A DNA stretch of 64,000 bases from Eledone cirrhosa (lineage: Eukaryota): the NCBI GenBank assembly GCA_964016885.1, contig OZ024740.1, forward strand, positions 375,410,001 to 375,474,000. Direction: 5' to 3'. The notes beneath the pieces are model-generated. The model was given only the letters and a program-made list of their open reading frames with translations, had not been told where the DNA came from and did not search any database. Made by a program: the position numbers and the translations under genes. Below, piece by piece: positions 13,264 to 27,059 of the stretch. Each line of letters begins with the position of its first letter. Positions within the stretch are counted from its first letter, which is position 1.

Positions 13264-15199
13264 AACATATATACATACATTCATACATACATACATATTG
13301 TTCATTTGGGTACTTAAAAATACTACTTAAGGAAAATACTCTATACATATATAACATGCAATTATATCCTAACTCATTTAATACTGTTCCTCTGTGATCT
13401 ACTAATTGAATATGAATTCATTTTGACAACAGGAAATCGAGTTAAAATATTTGATTAATGAATCGCTTCAAGCTTTTCAATACATTCAGATAAAGGAAAT
13501 GGCGAAATAAGATTTAATTCACGTTAATTTATTTATGTGATGTGCTTTCATTTTAATAGAAACAGTGACTTTTTTTCCTGTCCGAATGTATATGGAATGT
13601 GAAAGAATGCATGTGTGTACATACGAAGCTCTCTGTGGGTTTCTGTTTGTGCTTGTGTGTGTGTATGTATATATATGTATGTGTGTTAGTGTCTGTGCAT
13701 GTGTGTGTGTGTGAGTGTGTGAGTGTGGGCGTGTGCGTGTGTGTGTGTGTGTGTGTTTGTGTCGTAATGTATTTTCATCAATTTTATTTCGGATGCATTT
13801 ATTGTTGTAGTGAAGTAACTAGCTGTTTACCTACCTTCCATTGCTAAACAAATTAGAATGCTTCATTGGGGTGCATATATAAACGTATGAAATAATCTTT
13901 GGTCCAGATTTAAAATGCATTAATATATAATTTCCATTTTCACTTTTATTTGTCATTATTTCAATCTATTCATTGTTTAGCTTCTCTACTGCACACTTCA
14001 TTGCGTTCCCTCTATGTTTGATATAAAAACGGTCATTATAACAAGCTGAATATTAGAAAAGCAAAAACCAAGCCCTTATACCATCAAAATCTGCGATTGT
14101 AGTGAGAAATATAATCAATAAAATCATTTATATTTGCGCTTGTATTTTTCTATGAACTGCGGAAGTGAAAAGTTAATACGACTTGCGTGGTATTTCTTTG
14201 TCTGCATATACATATATCTTACACATCCGTTAATGAGGAAAATTATTTCTAAAAGCTCGACGTATTATAAATGACATACCCGCAAACACAAATGCTCTTT
14301 GAATCGTGCACAACCACTTCAACAAGGAAATAGTACTATTCAATGCGGTCCTTCATCCTTAAGAAAAACACATTGCCTACATTGTGTAAACGTTTGATAA
14401 AATAGGGCTGAATTGAAACGAAAAGAAAGAAAAATCAAGTCTAGCCCAAACCACTAAACAACGTATATATATCCTCTATAGTGTAAAGAAGGTATGATGT
14501 AAATTATGAAGCCAAAGTAATGCAAATAGGTGCAAAACTGGAAAATATACATGACTTGGTATTCAAAGATGACAATATATAACAAATTCGTCAATCGTAG
14601 AAGACAGCAAATATTATGCTAACGGAATAATATCTAATAAATTATTTTTTTTTAAATCTGAAAGTATGTTTTCAGAATATCATTTATGACGGTGGCTAAA
14701 GCATGCGTCGCCCAGTTGAAACTTAACGAGAATGGTAACCTTGACATTCGGTTGCGGATAATGTTATTATAAGGAATGATGTTCTCGTATGCGGAGACGC
14801 ATACGAGAGTTAGGGCTTATGATGGAAAAGGAAGTTACCAACGGCAGCTACTAGGAATCGAGCTCCATATTTCCCAAATATGTGCTTTAAACCAATACCC
14901 CAAGGCACCATGATAATTCTTAGCGTCTTAAATTAGACAGGTAAATCACTAGCGACATAATTAAAGGAGTTAGTCCAGAGAGCCACAGTACCCATCTAGA
15001 TAGTTAAGGCAAAAGGGGTATCTTCTCACCATTACCATTTGTTATATCACCGATGACTATAACACTCACACTCAGAAAATATTTATATACCAGCCTCTTC
15101 CAATGGAACTCGAAACTGTTGTGGAAGTAGGATAGCCAAAAAGTATCATTTGTTAAAAAGGTTCAGATATGTAGCAGTCACATCGGTATGGAATTTGGA

Positions 15200-16940
15200 A
15201 TTTCCAATTGCTCTGTATCCAACATGAAAAGAGGGAAGAAAGCAGCCTGTATGGATTAAGACTGACATAGGGAAAAACCAAGGGATAACCAGAATATAGT
15301 GACTATACATATTTGGAGATCTTAGACTAGATGGTAGTTTGCACGCAGAAATTAAATAGAAGTTTAGCGGATATATTTAAAGGACGAAAGAATGATTTTA
15401 AATTCCAACTTCAATGTGAGATATCTGGTCACTTCAACGAATACCTGTGCAGTTTCAGTGGTTAGGTATAGAGTATCCATTCTTAGTTGAACTGAAGAAG
15501 GAATATCAAAATTAGATAGAAGGACTAAAAACATTGATGATATTGTAAGGAGATTTAGACCCATATCTTGTTTGTCACGAATGCAAAAATATCTAATGAA
15601 GTATATTGATGAATTAATAAAAAGAGACAGGAAACATGAAACAACAAAACAAAATTGTTTTCTATCAAACAGCAAGCCAACGCATTGAAAAGAGAAGATA
15701 AATTAACGGAAACCTATGAGGAAAATGAAATCACTGCAAAAAATATGAAATCCAAACTGAAAACGTATCACCAGAATGATGATGACAAACATCTCAACAT
15801 GGACAATATCCGATAATAATTGAAGTGGGAAGACGTAAAGAAGCAACATTAACTAGACAAGTTAAGTCGCACTGGAGTCAAAACATAAACTGACGGTTTT
15901 CTAATTGGAGCATAAGATTGAAGCGCCCCCATTAGGATCCAGAAAACTACATAAGAGAGCCAAACACAATATGTAACCATTATGTGGTGTTGGTGCAGAA
16001 ACAATTAACTATGTTGGTTTTAATTACCCAGTCAAAGCCACAAATATAATGTATCCATAGGCATGATAGTTAAGATTTACATGCATTGGATTTCATCACG
16101 ACACTATGGAATACTAATAGAAGTAAAGGTAGTACAATAAACAACGTGTCAGAGAATGAGAAAGGAAACTTCTTTTGGTATATGCCAATACTCATAGGCA
16201 GGGACATGAAAGCCAACCCAGTGCATATTATAATTTGATACCACAAAAAAGTCTTCAAATTGATGTATATGTCCCCACAGAAGAATACATCTACAAAGAA
16301 ATTGAGATAGCAGAATTAGCCTGAAATTAGAATACATTTAGTGCTGGGCTGAAACTACCTACCACGAGTTCTATTATTAATTAATCACTGCAGGACTACA
16401 AACGTACATAATCAAGAAGCACGGAAAACGCAAAGCAAGAAAGCCAAGTTCAAACAGAATTAATAGATAATTAATGGGCAATGAAAAACAGAAGCTTCAA
16501 CATGAATAATAGAAATTATAAAATGCAAATTTGGATCAGATTTCCAGAAATCCATACTAAAATGTTTGCAAGAAAAAGATCTATATTACTCATAGCCTAA
16601 AATGATAAGAAATATATATGAACAGGTTCCAAAACTTGTTAAGAAGAGCTGGACGAAAAGCCAAGATTCAGGACAATGTCTGCAGCAAAATTCAAGTCAT
16701 TCCAATCTAAAATCCTCAAAAGCATAAAAAGTAGCAGAGTAGAGTAATTGCAGAATATGTGGAAGTGGGAAAGAAATAATAGGCCACATCGTTTCTGACC
16801 GCCGTGTCTTCCAAAGAAAGATATATACCCAAATAATAATGTTGTGAAGTTCATATACTGGATATTATGCCATCACTACGAAATGACAACAGAAAAGATG
16901 TGGTACAGATATACTCCAGGCATGGCTTCATATAATGACA
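15200..16940 (+). pseudogene. Decayed RLE-type (R4/Dong-like) non-LTR fragments, probably two copies
   Basis: Two CCHC-like remnants (~15973 C..C..ETI; ~16748 CRICG..E..GHIVS), RHD-like (~16059), IYWILC..WY; multiple stops. Confidence 0.55.
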
Positions 16941-16962
16941 AACAACCTTACTCTCTCTGTCT

Positions 16963-17046
<84 letters not shown>

Positions 17047-17082
17047 TGAAAAAGAACAAAGGAACTACTATAACAAGTTTAT

Positions 17083-17129
17083 TGCCGACAGCCGTTTCGT
17101 CCGACCCCATGGTGGGACTTATCAAGGCA
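17083..17129 (-). ncRNA. Hammerhead ribozyme, U3-A8 core variant
   Basis: Reverse complement: TGCC-TTGATAA-GTCC..GGAC-GAAAC-GGCT-GTC-GGCA. Confidence 0.75.
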
Positions 17130-17891
17130 TATAACATGTGATTGCAAGATCATTGTTTACATCAACGTATCACTCAAGGCTAGCAGTTTGAAATTGTTAT
17201 ATACATCAGCAACTCCGCTTTAAGGGGGGCTCTTTTATATTAGTTGTCGGGGTCAGGGATTGAAGTTTAAAAATTAGACAAAAATATATAATTCACGCAT
17301 CAACATTAAACCAAGAGACTTGGGGTCCAGTAGAAGCACCTCAGAAAATCCCTCAATGAGTGCATAAAGCTTACAGGCTCCAATACACCTATTAGTCTAG
17401 AAGAAAATTAAGAGGCTAATAAAATAAGAAAATAAAAATATAAAGTTTCCCTGAAAAATATATAGAGTTCCTATGAAATTTCTTCTAGAGAAAAAAATTT
17501 TTTCCCAAAGAAAAAAACCTTCTTCCCCGAGATCACGTTTACAAAATTCAGAAAACTGAATTGAAAACTAGGTTGAAAGAAACTAATCAATTAGAGGTTA
17601 ATTCAGAGAGCCTTCCATAAATCTCTCAAAAAAGGCCCCTTTACTATTTCCAATAGGAACTTCTTCCGAGAGACCCTTCGAAGAATTAAAATTTTAAAGA
17701 GCCTTTGAGGATAAATATAAAAACGAATTGAGGAAAATTATACATTAAAAGTTAAAAATTAAAAATTACGGTATTTGGGATATCCGAGGAATTTTCAAAG
17801 GGCTGCTTCAACAGATACAGATGTATCTGTTGAAACAGCCCTTTGAAAATTCCTCGGATATCCCAAATATCGTAATTTTTAATTTGTTATA

Positions 17892-17938
17892 TGCCTTGAT
17901 AAGTCCCACCATGGGGTTGGACGAAACGGCTGTCGGCA
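17892..17938 (+). ncRNA. Hammerhead ribozyme, U3-A8 core variant
   Basis: TGCC-TTGATAA-GTCC CACCATGGGGTT GGAC-GAAAC GGCT GTC-GGCA; stems I, II and III all pair. Confidence 0.78.
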
Positions 17939-18091
17939 ATAAACTTGTTATAATGTCATAATAGTTCCTTTGTTCTTTTTCACTAATATTTCTGCTCTGC
18001 GTATACGCATAGAGCTTAACTAGCTACCGTCACATATTTGGTAAGTCAGACGTGATCATCGCGATTCACATACGTCCTACCATATATCTTA

Positions 18092-18160
<69 letters not shown>

Positions 18161-18345
18161 GAGGTAAATATCTCATTGAGCACTAAGTACACACTGAGAT
18201 ATATAGGGTGTCTACAATATAATTGTTGTTCTATGGAACTAATTCGAGATACCAGAACTATAAAAATTGATGACCAGAACAAACAAACATTAAACAATCC
18301 TTTAAATAAATAAAAATATAATTTAAATATCTACCTGTTCATAAT

Positions 18346-18424
18346 GCTATTACCGGCGGTTTCCATCCACAAAAGATAGGAAATTCGGAGAATTTCCAAC
18401 GGAAAGTAGATTTCTTCAGATAGC
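18346..18424 (-). ncRNA. Hammerhead ribozyme (inverted copy of 19111-19189)
   Basis: Reverse complement of the + strand HHR. Confidence 0.78.
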
Positions 18425-19110
18425 TATTTCCATTCTATAGGACATTTGTCCCACGGTCAGCAAATATAATGCTAACTACCAGCACGTATGGGATATAGCC
18501 GTTAAAGTGACCCGTACGTGACCTGGCTACTAGAGCAAGCGGGAATATTATAGACTTGTTGATGCTTTGGCTGCTAAAAATATAGCAGTAACCGACAACG
18601 AATTTTTTCTCTACATTGATTGGCGAATATATAAAAATGAGGTAAATATCTCATTGAGCACTAAGTACACACTGAGATATATAGGGTGTCTACAATATAA
18701 TTGTTGTTCTATGGTACTAATTCGAGATACCAGAACTATAAAAATTGATGAGCAGAACAAACAAACATTAATTTCCAATCATTTGTGGATGGAAACCGCC
18801 GGTAATAGCATTATGAACAGGTAGATATTTAAATTATTTTTTAATTTATTTAAAGGATTGTTTAATGTTTGTTTGTTCTGCTCATCAATTTACCTCATTT
18901 TTATATATTCTCCAATCTATGTAGAGAAAAAATTCGTTGTTGCTTACTGCTATTTTTTTAGCAGCCAAGCCATCAACAAGTCTATAATATTCCCGCTTGC
19001 TCTAGTGGCCAGGTCACGTACGGGTCACTTTAACGGCTATAGCCCATACGTGCTGGTAGTGAGCATTATATTTGCTGACCGTGGGACAAATGTCCTATAG
19101 AATGGAAATA

Positions 19111-19189
19111 GCTATCTGAAGAAATCTACTTTCCGTTGGAAATTCTCCGAATTTCCTATCTTTTGTGGATGGAAACCGCCGGTAATAGC
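19111..19189 (+). ncRNA. Type I hammerhead ribozyme with extended stem II
   Basis: Stem I GCTAT/ATAGC; CTGAAGA; stem II ATCTAC...GTGGAT; GAAAC CGCCG GTA. Confidence 0.8.
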
Positions 19190-19266
19190 ATTATGAACAG
19201 GTAGATATTTAAATTATTTTTTAATTTATTTAAAGGATTGTTTAATGTTTGTTTGTTCTGCTCATC

Positions 19267-19435
<169 letters not shown>

Positions 19436-19849
19436 GGAGTGATAAAGAGAGAAGGAACGAATAAATAGAAGATATAAATTCGAACAACCAACATTAAAGC
19501 ACGAATTAGAGTTTCAAATGTAATCATTTACTGATAGAAATAACGTAAATGTGGATGATGAATACAGAAACGATCTCTGTAAAAATATACTTTCTGGGAA
19601 TAACAAAATCGATCATAATTGCATGCATAAGACGAACCACAGAACTTAAAATTATATACGGGATACAGAAAATAGCACTAACAGTTTCTAAACACATATG
19701 ACGAAAAATAATCTTAATAAAAGAACACACAACCGTGCATGGTAATGCTATGGCAGAATGCAATAGAAAATATCAATAATGATCGTGATGTGGATAATTA
19801 TGATGATAATGATCAGTAGAAGGAGGGAGAAGCAGAGAGGAGGATTACT

Positions 19850-20042
19850 AATACTTTTGGCTCAAGGCAATCAAATCGAGGGGTGGGGGCAAACACAATT
19901 AAATGGGCTCCAGTGAATTACATGTACTTTTTTCTCGACACCTTTATGCTGAAAGGCATAGCTAAGCTCGGCCTTATTAGAGTTCAGATATTAATGGACG
20001 CAAATATGTGTCCCACGCTCTGCCAACACTTCCAATCTCCAC
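19850..20042 (-). mobile_element. Degenerate SINE family A copy
   Basis: Residual matches TACTTTTGGCTCAAGGC...GTACTTT..TCGAC..TGAAAGGCA..CTCGGC. Confidence 0.5.
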
Positions 20043-20059
20043 TACAATAATAATATCAA

Positions 20060-20121
20060 AAAGAAGAAGAAGAAGAAGAAGAAGAAGAAGAAGAAGAAGA
20101 AGAAGAAGAAGAAGAAGAAGA
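20060..20121. repeat. (AAG)n microsatellite
   Basis: Direct. Confidence 0.95.
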
Positions 20122-21377
20122 CACTAATGATGCTTATAACCTAATAGCGTACCTAATATTGTTACTGTTTGTAATACATTCTGTTATGTAGAGACGTACA
20201 ATTATTTCGTTAGAAAATTACATTCGTATAGGGGATTACATCGTTTAAGATAAAGACAAAGAGAACGGAGGAAGGAAATAATGGTAATGATGCAGGTAAC
20301 AAATGGTAAAGCATATTTTTGTAAAAAGAGCCAAGGTCTAGTGTTCAAAAATCCAATTCAAAAGCAAAATGTCTATTAATGGTTTGGATGTTGATAATAG
20401 TTGTATATACGTTACTCAATTTCAAATATATCCTGACATAATATATGCCTTTTTAATGTCTTTATTGGCAGAAAATTGACATAAGTTAATCTGCAATGAT
20501 GCATCATTCCTAAATGCCAATCTTTTCTTTTAAGATCATCAATTCAAATAAGATGCACCATTTTGCTTCCCAGTTTAACATACATCAATTGCGATTGCTG
20601 CAGCCTAAAGGACAGCAATCCCCAAGAGAACACCATTGTTGCTAGTTTAAGAGGTTGGAAAAAATGTCTAATACAAACATAGGTGTTTTATTAGGTAAAG
20701 TCTTTCCTCTTTTACATTTCATCTTCTACAGAAGATGTTGCAAAATATATCTTAGTAAGATTCCAAAAGATTATGTACTTCTATAGCTATTTTCATTAGA
20801 AACTGTAGAAATGTACGGTTTTGTCTTTGTCATGTTATAATCCTCCATTTCTATGCCATTTTGTATTATTAAATACATTGGTTACGCAGTGTTCTATTTT
20901 TTGTTGTATAAATGTATTAATGTCAATATTCAATCTATGACGTATATAATCCAGGGGCTGATCAACAGCCAATCGCTGGGAATATGAGGTATTGATTTAC
21001 ATAATTACAAGTATGATTGTGAGAAAAACAAAGGCATTATTTAAAAGGTATTATTTAAAAAAGAAAAATAATCCTATCATCAAGAGAATTAACTATCTTA
21101 AATGTAGATAAAGGGCAAAACTATGGAACGAGCTCAATATATGCTGAAATTACTGTTTAAATGCAATGAAATCGTGGTATTGATTTTTGAATGATAAAAC
21201 AATGACTGCATGTTTTCCGAAAATTCGTTTTTTGAAATAGCTTGCTGCCATTGTTAAATGAATATTCCTGGGAAGTTGTTTCGTAAGCAGCATGAAATGA
21301 CATTTGCTATTCGATATGATGTTATATGCACAGGATCACACACATGTATATGTATGTATTTATGTATATATGATTTA

Positions 21378-21468
21378 TGTATGTATGTATTATGTATGTA
21401 TGTATGTATGTATGTATGTATGTATGTATGTATGTATGTATGTATGTATGTATGTATGTATGTATGTA
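21378..21468. repeat. (TATG)n microsatellite
   Basis: Direct. Confidence 0.95.
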
Positions 21469-22189
21469 GATGTTGGGGTTGAAATCTGGTCGTTTGACTG
21501 AGTGATGTATATACACACATATACATGCATATATATATATATACACATTCAACAGAGAGTAGAGAGTTTGACAACAGGTCGATGACTTTAGTCTAGATAG
21601 GGTAATGACATGTGATAGTGGGGAGAGAGTGTAGACGTTATTGTGGTGGCGGGGGACAGTGAGATGTATCTAGTTCATTTGACCGTTTTCTTCTCTTTGC
21701 AAAATTTGAATTTTAGCCATGTTATATTGAGATGTAAGTAAATGTAAATTGTAAAATATAAATAAGGATTGCTCTGCTAAAATATCCTAAAATATTTGTG
21801 TAACTTCCACAAACTTCTGTCGTGACATTCCCGAGTCCAGTGACCAACAAATTGTTGTATTTTGATGTTTCAGAATACAAAAATTAATTAAAACCTTACC
21901 CCACGAAAAGACAGCGTGTGTTGTCCTATCTATACGCTCCCTCATACACCGGCACTAATGTTTACAGCAACAACAGCTTCAGAATGAACTGAAATGAACA
22001 TTTACAACAACAACAGCGGCATCAAAAGATAAAAAAAAGAAAGGGAAGGGAAAAAACAAAAATCAAAATAACAACACACACACACACACGCACACAACAC
22101 AACAACAACATCAACTGCCACCACCACCACTACCGCCGCCGCCATCACCATCACCAGCGACCGGGCCTTAAGAAAACAACTTGAATAAT

Positions 22190-22340
22190 AATGTTTCTGC
22201 TTTTGGCACGGATCCAGCGACTGGCCCAGCGCATCACTGGTACTCTCTTTTGTTGACTCCGTGGGGATGAAAGGCAAGGTTGACCTCGGCGGGATTTGAG
22301 CTCAGAGCGTGGAGGGCCGTGACTCTATGCTGTAAAGCAA
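22190..22340 (-). mobile_element. SINE family A copy (5' partial)
   Basis: GGATGAAAGGCAAGGTTGACCTCGGCGGGATTTGAGCTCAGA matches the other copies. Confidence 0.7.
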
Positions 22341-22440
22341 TTATAATAATACTGGACTGTAGTACGATCGGCTTCAACTATACAAACTCTTGAAAGTCAA
22401 CAGTTGACATAATCTTGTAATCTTGTATCAGTAATGACGG

Positions 22441-22488
<48 letters not shown>

Positions 22489-22614
22489 AAGTGAGTAGAG
22501 TAGCGGGTGTGTGTTTGTTTGTATGTATGAGTGTTGCTGTGTGCGCGCATATGTATGCGCGTGTGTGTGTCGTACGTATAAGTGTCAATAAGTGATTTTT
22601 TTTTTTTTTTTTTT

Positions 22615-22895
22615 GCGCGGGGACATAGAAATAATCGGGCTGGATGCCCGATCGCGCAGTTAAACCACTGGGAGTGAAGAACCCCTGGCCCTTGTCAGGG
22701 CATTCTTCTAGGAGAAGGCATCTCAGGAAACTGGTTTAACTCCGACATAAAACCTGCGGCTCAGTAGTTACCGATGATGTTGATCTTTTCTTCTTTTCGG
22801 GTTATAGCTACTGTCGCTCAGAGAGTGGGATTGGCTCAGTGCACAGTCTTTCCTCACTTTAAAAATATACGTCACGCACAGGCATTGCACGAGTG
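22615..22895 (+). mobile_element. Probable RTE 5' UTR segment
   Basis: GC-richer block with CTAGGAGAAGG and TTCCTCACTTTAAAAA, reminiscent of RTE 5' UTRs (from memory); lies upstream of the RTE ORF. Confidence 0.4.
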
Positions 22896-22923
22896 CATTA
22901 ATAATTATTAATAGTGTACTATT

Positions 22924-23018
22924 GTTGACTTTGCCTTTCATCCTTACTGGGTCGATAAAATAAAGTACCAGTAATGCACTGACTATTTGCTGGCCTTGTG
23001 CCTAAAGTAGAAACAATT
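22924..23018 (+). mobile_element. SINE family A 3' half with (TAT)n tail
   Basis: GTTGACTTTGCCTTTCATCC...GTCGATAAAATAAAGTACCAG...AGTAGAAACAATTATT. Confidence 0.75.
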
Positions 23019-23088
23019 ATTATTATTATTATTATTATTACTATTATTATTACTTTTTTTTTTTTTTTTTTTTTTTTTTACCAATTCA

Positions 23089-26000
23089 ATGATGTTCCAG
23101 AACAATATAAAAGAGATAATTGGCAATTTAGGTTCTGGAACAAAAAAGATCATTGGCAATAAGGGCAGGGGCCCCAGGTTATCACAGCCTGGGCCCGCTC
23201 GTCATCGTGCCATTGTAATAGAGCCAAACAAGGCATTTAGTCTTAGCTGCTGGAACGTACGGACGCTGCTTGAGAGGGATTCCTTGGGGCGTCCTGAACG
23301 AAGGACCGCTCTTGTTGCAAAGGAGCTTCGACGTTACGATCTTGACATCGTGGCTTTATCTGAGACGAGGGTAGCTGGAGATGGTCATCTTACGGAATTT
23401 GGTGGAAAATATACATTCTTCTGGAAAGGAAGAGATGAAGGAACCAGAAGAGAGGCTGTGGTAGGATTTGCTGTTAAGACTGTGCTTGTGAACAAGCATA
23501 GAAGAATTCCCAGTAGGGATTAGTGAGCGTCTTTTGTCCATGAGAGTTCCGCTGGACAAGGGAAGATATGCTACGCTGGTGAGTGTGTATGCTCCAACTA
23601 TGAGTTCTGTCGATGAGGAAAAGGTGTCCTTTTACCATGCCTTGAAAAGTGTTTTAAGAAATATCCCTCAGGCAGACAAAGTCATCGTGCTTGGTGACTT
23701 TAATGCTAGAGTGGGTAGGGATTTTAACACATGGAATGTAATCGGAAGGCATGGGGTGGGAAAGTGTAACAGCAATGGTATGCTCCTGTTGCAGATGTGT
23801 GAGGAGCTGGATCTGTGTGTTACCAACACCATGTTCCAATAAAAGAACAAATTCAAGACCACATGGATGCATCCTGCATCTAAGGAATGGCATCTTTTGG
23901 ACTACGTCCTAGTCAGGATGCGTGACAGACAGGATGTGCAGTGTGTTCGTGTTCTTCGTGGAGCCTAGTGCTGGACGGACCACCGCCTGGTACGCGCAAA
24001 TGTGAAACTAATCACTAAACGTAAAATCCGGGCTCCTGGTGCTGCCCTGCCCAAAAGATTGAATGCTGCTCGTCTTAAGGATAAAAATGTGAAGAGGACA
24101 TTGGAAGAAGAGATGCAGGCTGCAGATCTTGGTGAGGATTGGCCGACCCTTAAAAAGTCGGTTTATGATGTAGGCAGGCGTGTTCTAGGATTGGCGCAGA
24201 GGAAACATCAGGACTGGTTTGATGAGAATGATGTACATATAGAAGACTTGTTGGCTGATAAGAAGCGTGCTCTGTCACGCTACTTGACAGCAAAATCACA
24301 GGAGAGGAATAAGTTGCATGAGGAACTCAGGGATGTAAAATCACGTGTTAGGCGGAGTCTTTCTCAGATGAAGCATCAGTGGTGGAGTGAGAAGGCTGGT
24401 GAGATACAAACTGCGTCAGATTCCAATAACACAAAGCTGTTGTACAGTCTCTTGCGTGAGGTTTATGGACCGTCTTCTTCTCTGGTGACACCGCTTCGCA
24501 GCAAGGATGGCAAATAACTTCTTCGTGACTCACGAGGAATTCTACGAAGGTGGCGAGAGCACTTTGATGATCTTTTGAATCAGCCGTCTGTCGTCAGTGA
24601 AGATTTCCTCAATCTAATTCCAGAAAGTCCTGTGAAAGTAGCTCTCGCAGAACCTCTGACGCTTGTGGAGGTTGCAGTGGCTATTTCGAAGCTGAACAGT
24701 GGAAGATCTCCAGATATGGATGGCATACATGCTGAGCTCCTACAATATGGTGCTGAGAGACTCCTGCAACATCTTCACTCTTTCTTTGGCAGGATATGGG
24801 CTAATGAATCCGTATCTGAGGACTGGAGACATGCAGTAATGGTGGTCTTGTGCAAAGGAAAGGGTAACAGGAACGATTGTGCGAACTACAGAGGTATATC
24901 ATTGCTTTCTGTCGTAGGGAAAGTTTTATGGAGGGTGCTTCTGGACCGTCTGCTGACACACATTGCAGATTGTGTTCTTCCTGAAAGTCAATCTGGTTTT
25001 CGTGCTGGACGCGGCACTACTGATATTATCTTCTCAGCTAGACAGCTCCAGGAGAAGTGCATGGAACAAGGCTTGGATCTGTATCAGGTTTTTGTCGATC
25101 TGACAAAAGCTTTCGATACTGTTAACAGAGATGCATTATGGAAGGTTCTCCAGAAACTTGGTTGCCCTGATGAGTTCCTTGCTTTAGTTAGGTCTTTCCA
25201 TGACGACATGAAGGCTTGGGTTAATGTCGGGGGTAACATATCGGAGCCTATCTCAGTAAAAAATGGAGTGAAACAGGGGGATATTCCAGCACCGACCCTG
25301 TTTGCCATATACTTTGCAATGGTTTTCTGTATTGCATTCAGGAATTGCGAGCATGGTGTTTACATCCGATATCGAACCTCAGGCAGCATATTTAACATCA
25401 GACGCTTTGCTGCGAAGACAAAAGTATTTACATCAATCATAAGAGACCTCTTGTATGCAGATATTTGCGATCTTGTAGCGCACACAGAGAGTGATATGCA
25501 GCACATTTTGAATACATTTTCTGACGCTTGCACTGCCCTAGGTCTGACTGTCAGTCTCAAGAAAACCGTCATCATGTACCAACCTGCCCCTGGTAAGCAG
25601 TACACTGAACCAAATATCTATGTGTATGGCAAACGACTTGGAGTGGTTGATCAGTTTGTCTACCTGGGAAGCACTGTCAATCGATACAGCAACCTTGACA
25701 GTGAAATCTCACTTACGATTAGGAAAGCAAGTGATGCTTTCGAAAAGCTAGAAAGGCGACTCTGGGGTCGGCGAGATATATGCAGGAGGACAAAGGTAAA
25801 AGTGTACAGGGCATGTGTGCTCTCTTGTCTTCTTTATGCCTGCGAGACCTGGGTCACATATCGACACCACCTTAAGCAATTGGAGCGTTTCCATCAGATC
25901 TGTCTCAGACGGATCCATGGCGTTCACCGCAGGGACCACATCAGTGATGTCGAGATTTTGGAAAGCTCTATGTGTGACAGTATAGAAGCTCTTGTGCTTA

Positions 26001-26635
26001 AGCAACGACTCCGTTGGAGTGGTCACCTTGCCAGGATGAAGGATTCTAAAATACCAAAACAACTCTTTTATGGAGAGTTGGTTAAAGGAAAACGACCGCC
26101 ACATAAACCAAAAAAGAGGTATAAGGATTCCTTGAAAGCCTCTCTGAAAGACGCTAACATCTCTGCTGATACATGGGAGAATATTGCTGCTGATCGTAAT
26201 AAATGGAGAAAGACTGTATATGAGGGAAAAGTTGCCTTTGAGGCATATCGAATCGCATGCGAGAAAGTAAAGCGGGATGTGAGGAAGGGCATTGCTGTTG
26301 CACTTCCAGACGGTGAGGGTCCTCCTATGGTGCTGACATGCAGCGTATGTGCGAGACACTGCCTAAGCAAAGCTGGACTCGAAAGTCATCTTCGCAGTCA
26401 TAAAGTAAGACCAGTGGTTGACTACCAGGCTGCTGTTGGAGATGCTACTCATCATGCTTGCCAAACATGTGGTAGAGAATGTAAATCAGCAGGAGGGCTC
26501 AAGCGACATGCAAAAGTACACGAACTCCAATCACAGCCGACTATTCCCAGTGAATGTTTTGGTTCCCGACTCTGTGCAAGACATTTTAGATCATTGGCTG
26601 GGCTAAAAAGCCACATTCGATCGCAGCGCTGTTAG
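23089..26635 (+). pseudogene. RTE-clade LINE ORF (APE + RT + C2H2 zinc fingers), disrupted
   Basis: APE: WNVRTL, LSETR, VYAPT, GDFNA, TDH. RT: NYRGISLLS, FVDLTKAFD, GVKQG, YADI (YADD lost), YLGS. C-terminal CxxC..H..H repeats. Frameshift ~23495, stops at 23840, ~23966 and 24515; (GT)n tail. Confidence 0.92.
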
Positions 26636-26824
26636 TTGCTATCGTGTGTGTGTGTGTGTGTGTAGATATGCTTATGTGTGTGCGTGTGTGTGTATATATA
26701 TATGTATATGTATATTATTAATGTTGTTGTCGTTATTATTATTGTTGTTATGATTATTATTATTGTTATTAATGTATGTGTGTGTGTATATGTGTGTGTG
26801 AGTGTGTGTGTGTATATGTGTATG

Positions 26825-26865
<41 letters not shown>

Positions 26866-27059
26866 CTTTTTTTTATTTATTTATTATTATTATTTTTTTT
26901 TCTTTCTCCTCGTGCAATGGCCATACTCGATAACGAGGGGGCAGCCATCATGTATGTATGTATGTATGTATGTATGTATGTATGTATGTATGTATGTATG
27001 TATGTATGTATATATGTATGTATGGATGTATGTATGTATCTATGTTTCTCTTTCTCTTA

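Larger units (their letters stand above)
17041..18095. mobile_element. Non-coding PLE-derived element with inverted HHR-containing repeats, between (TA)n tracts
   Basis: 17041-17136 is the reverse complement of ~17885-17988 (9-bp indel); internal palindrome ~17760-17881. Confidence 0.7.
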
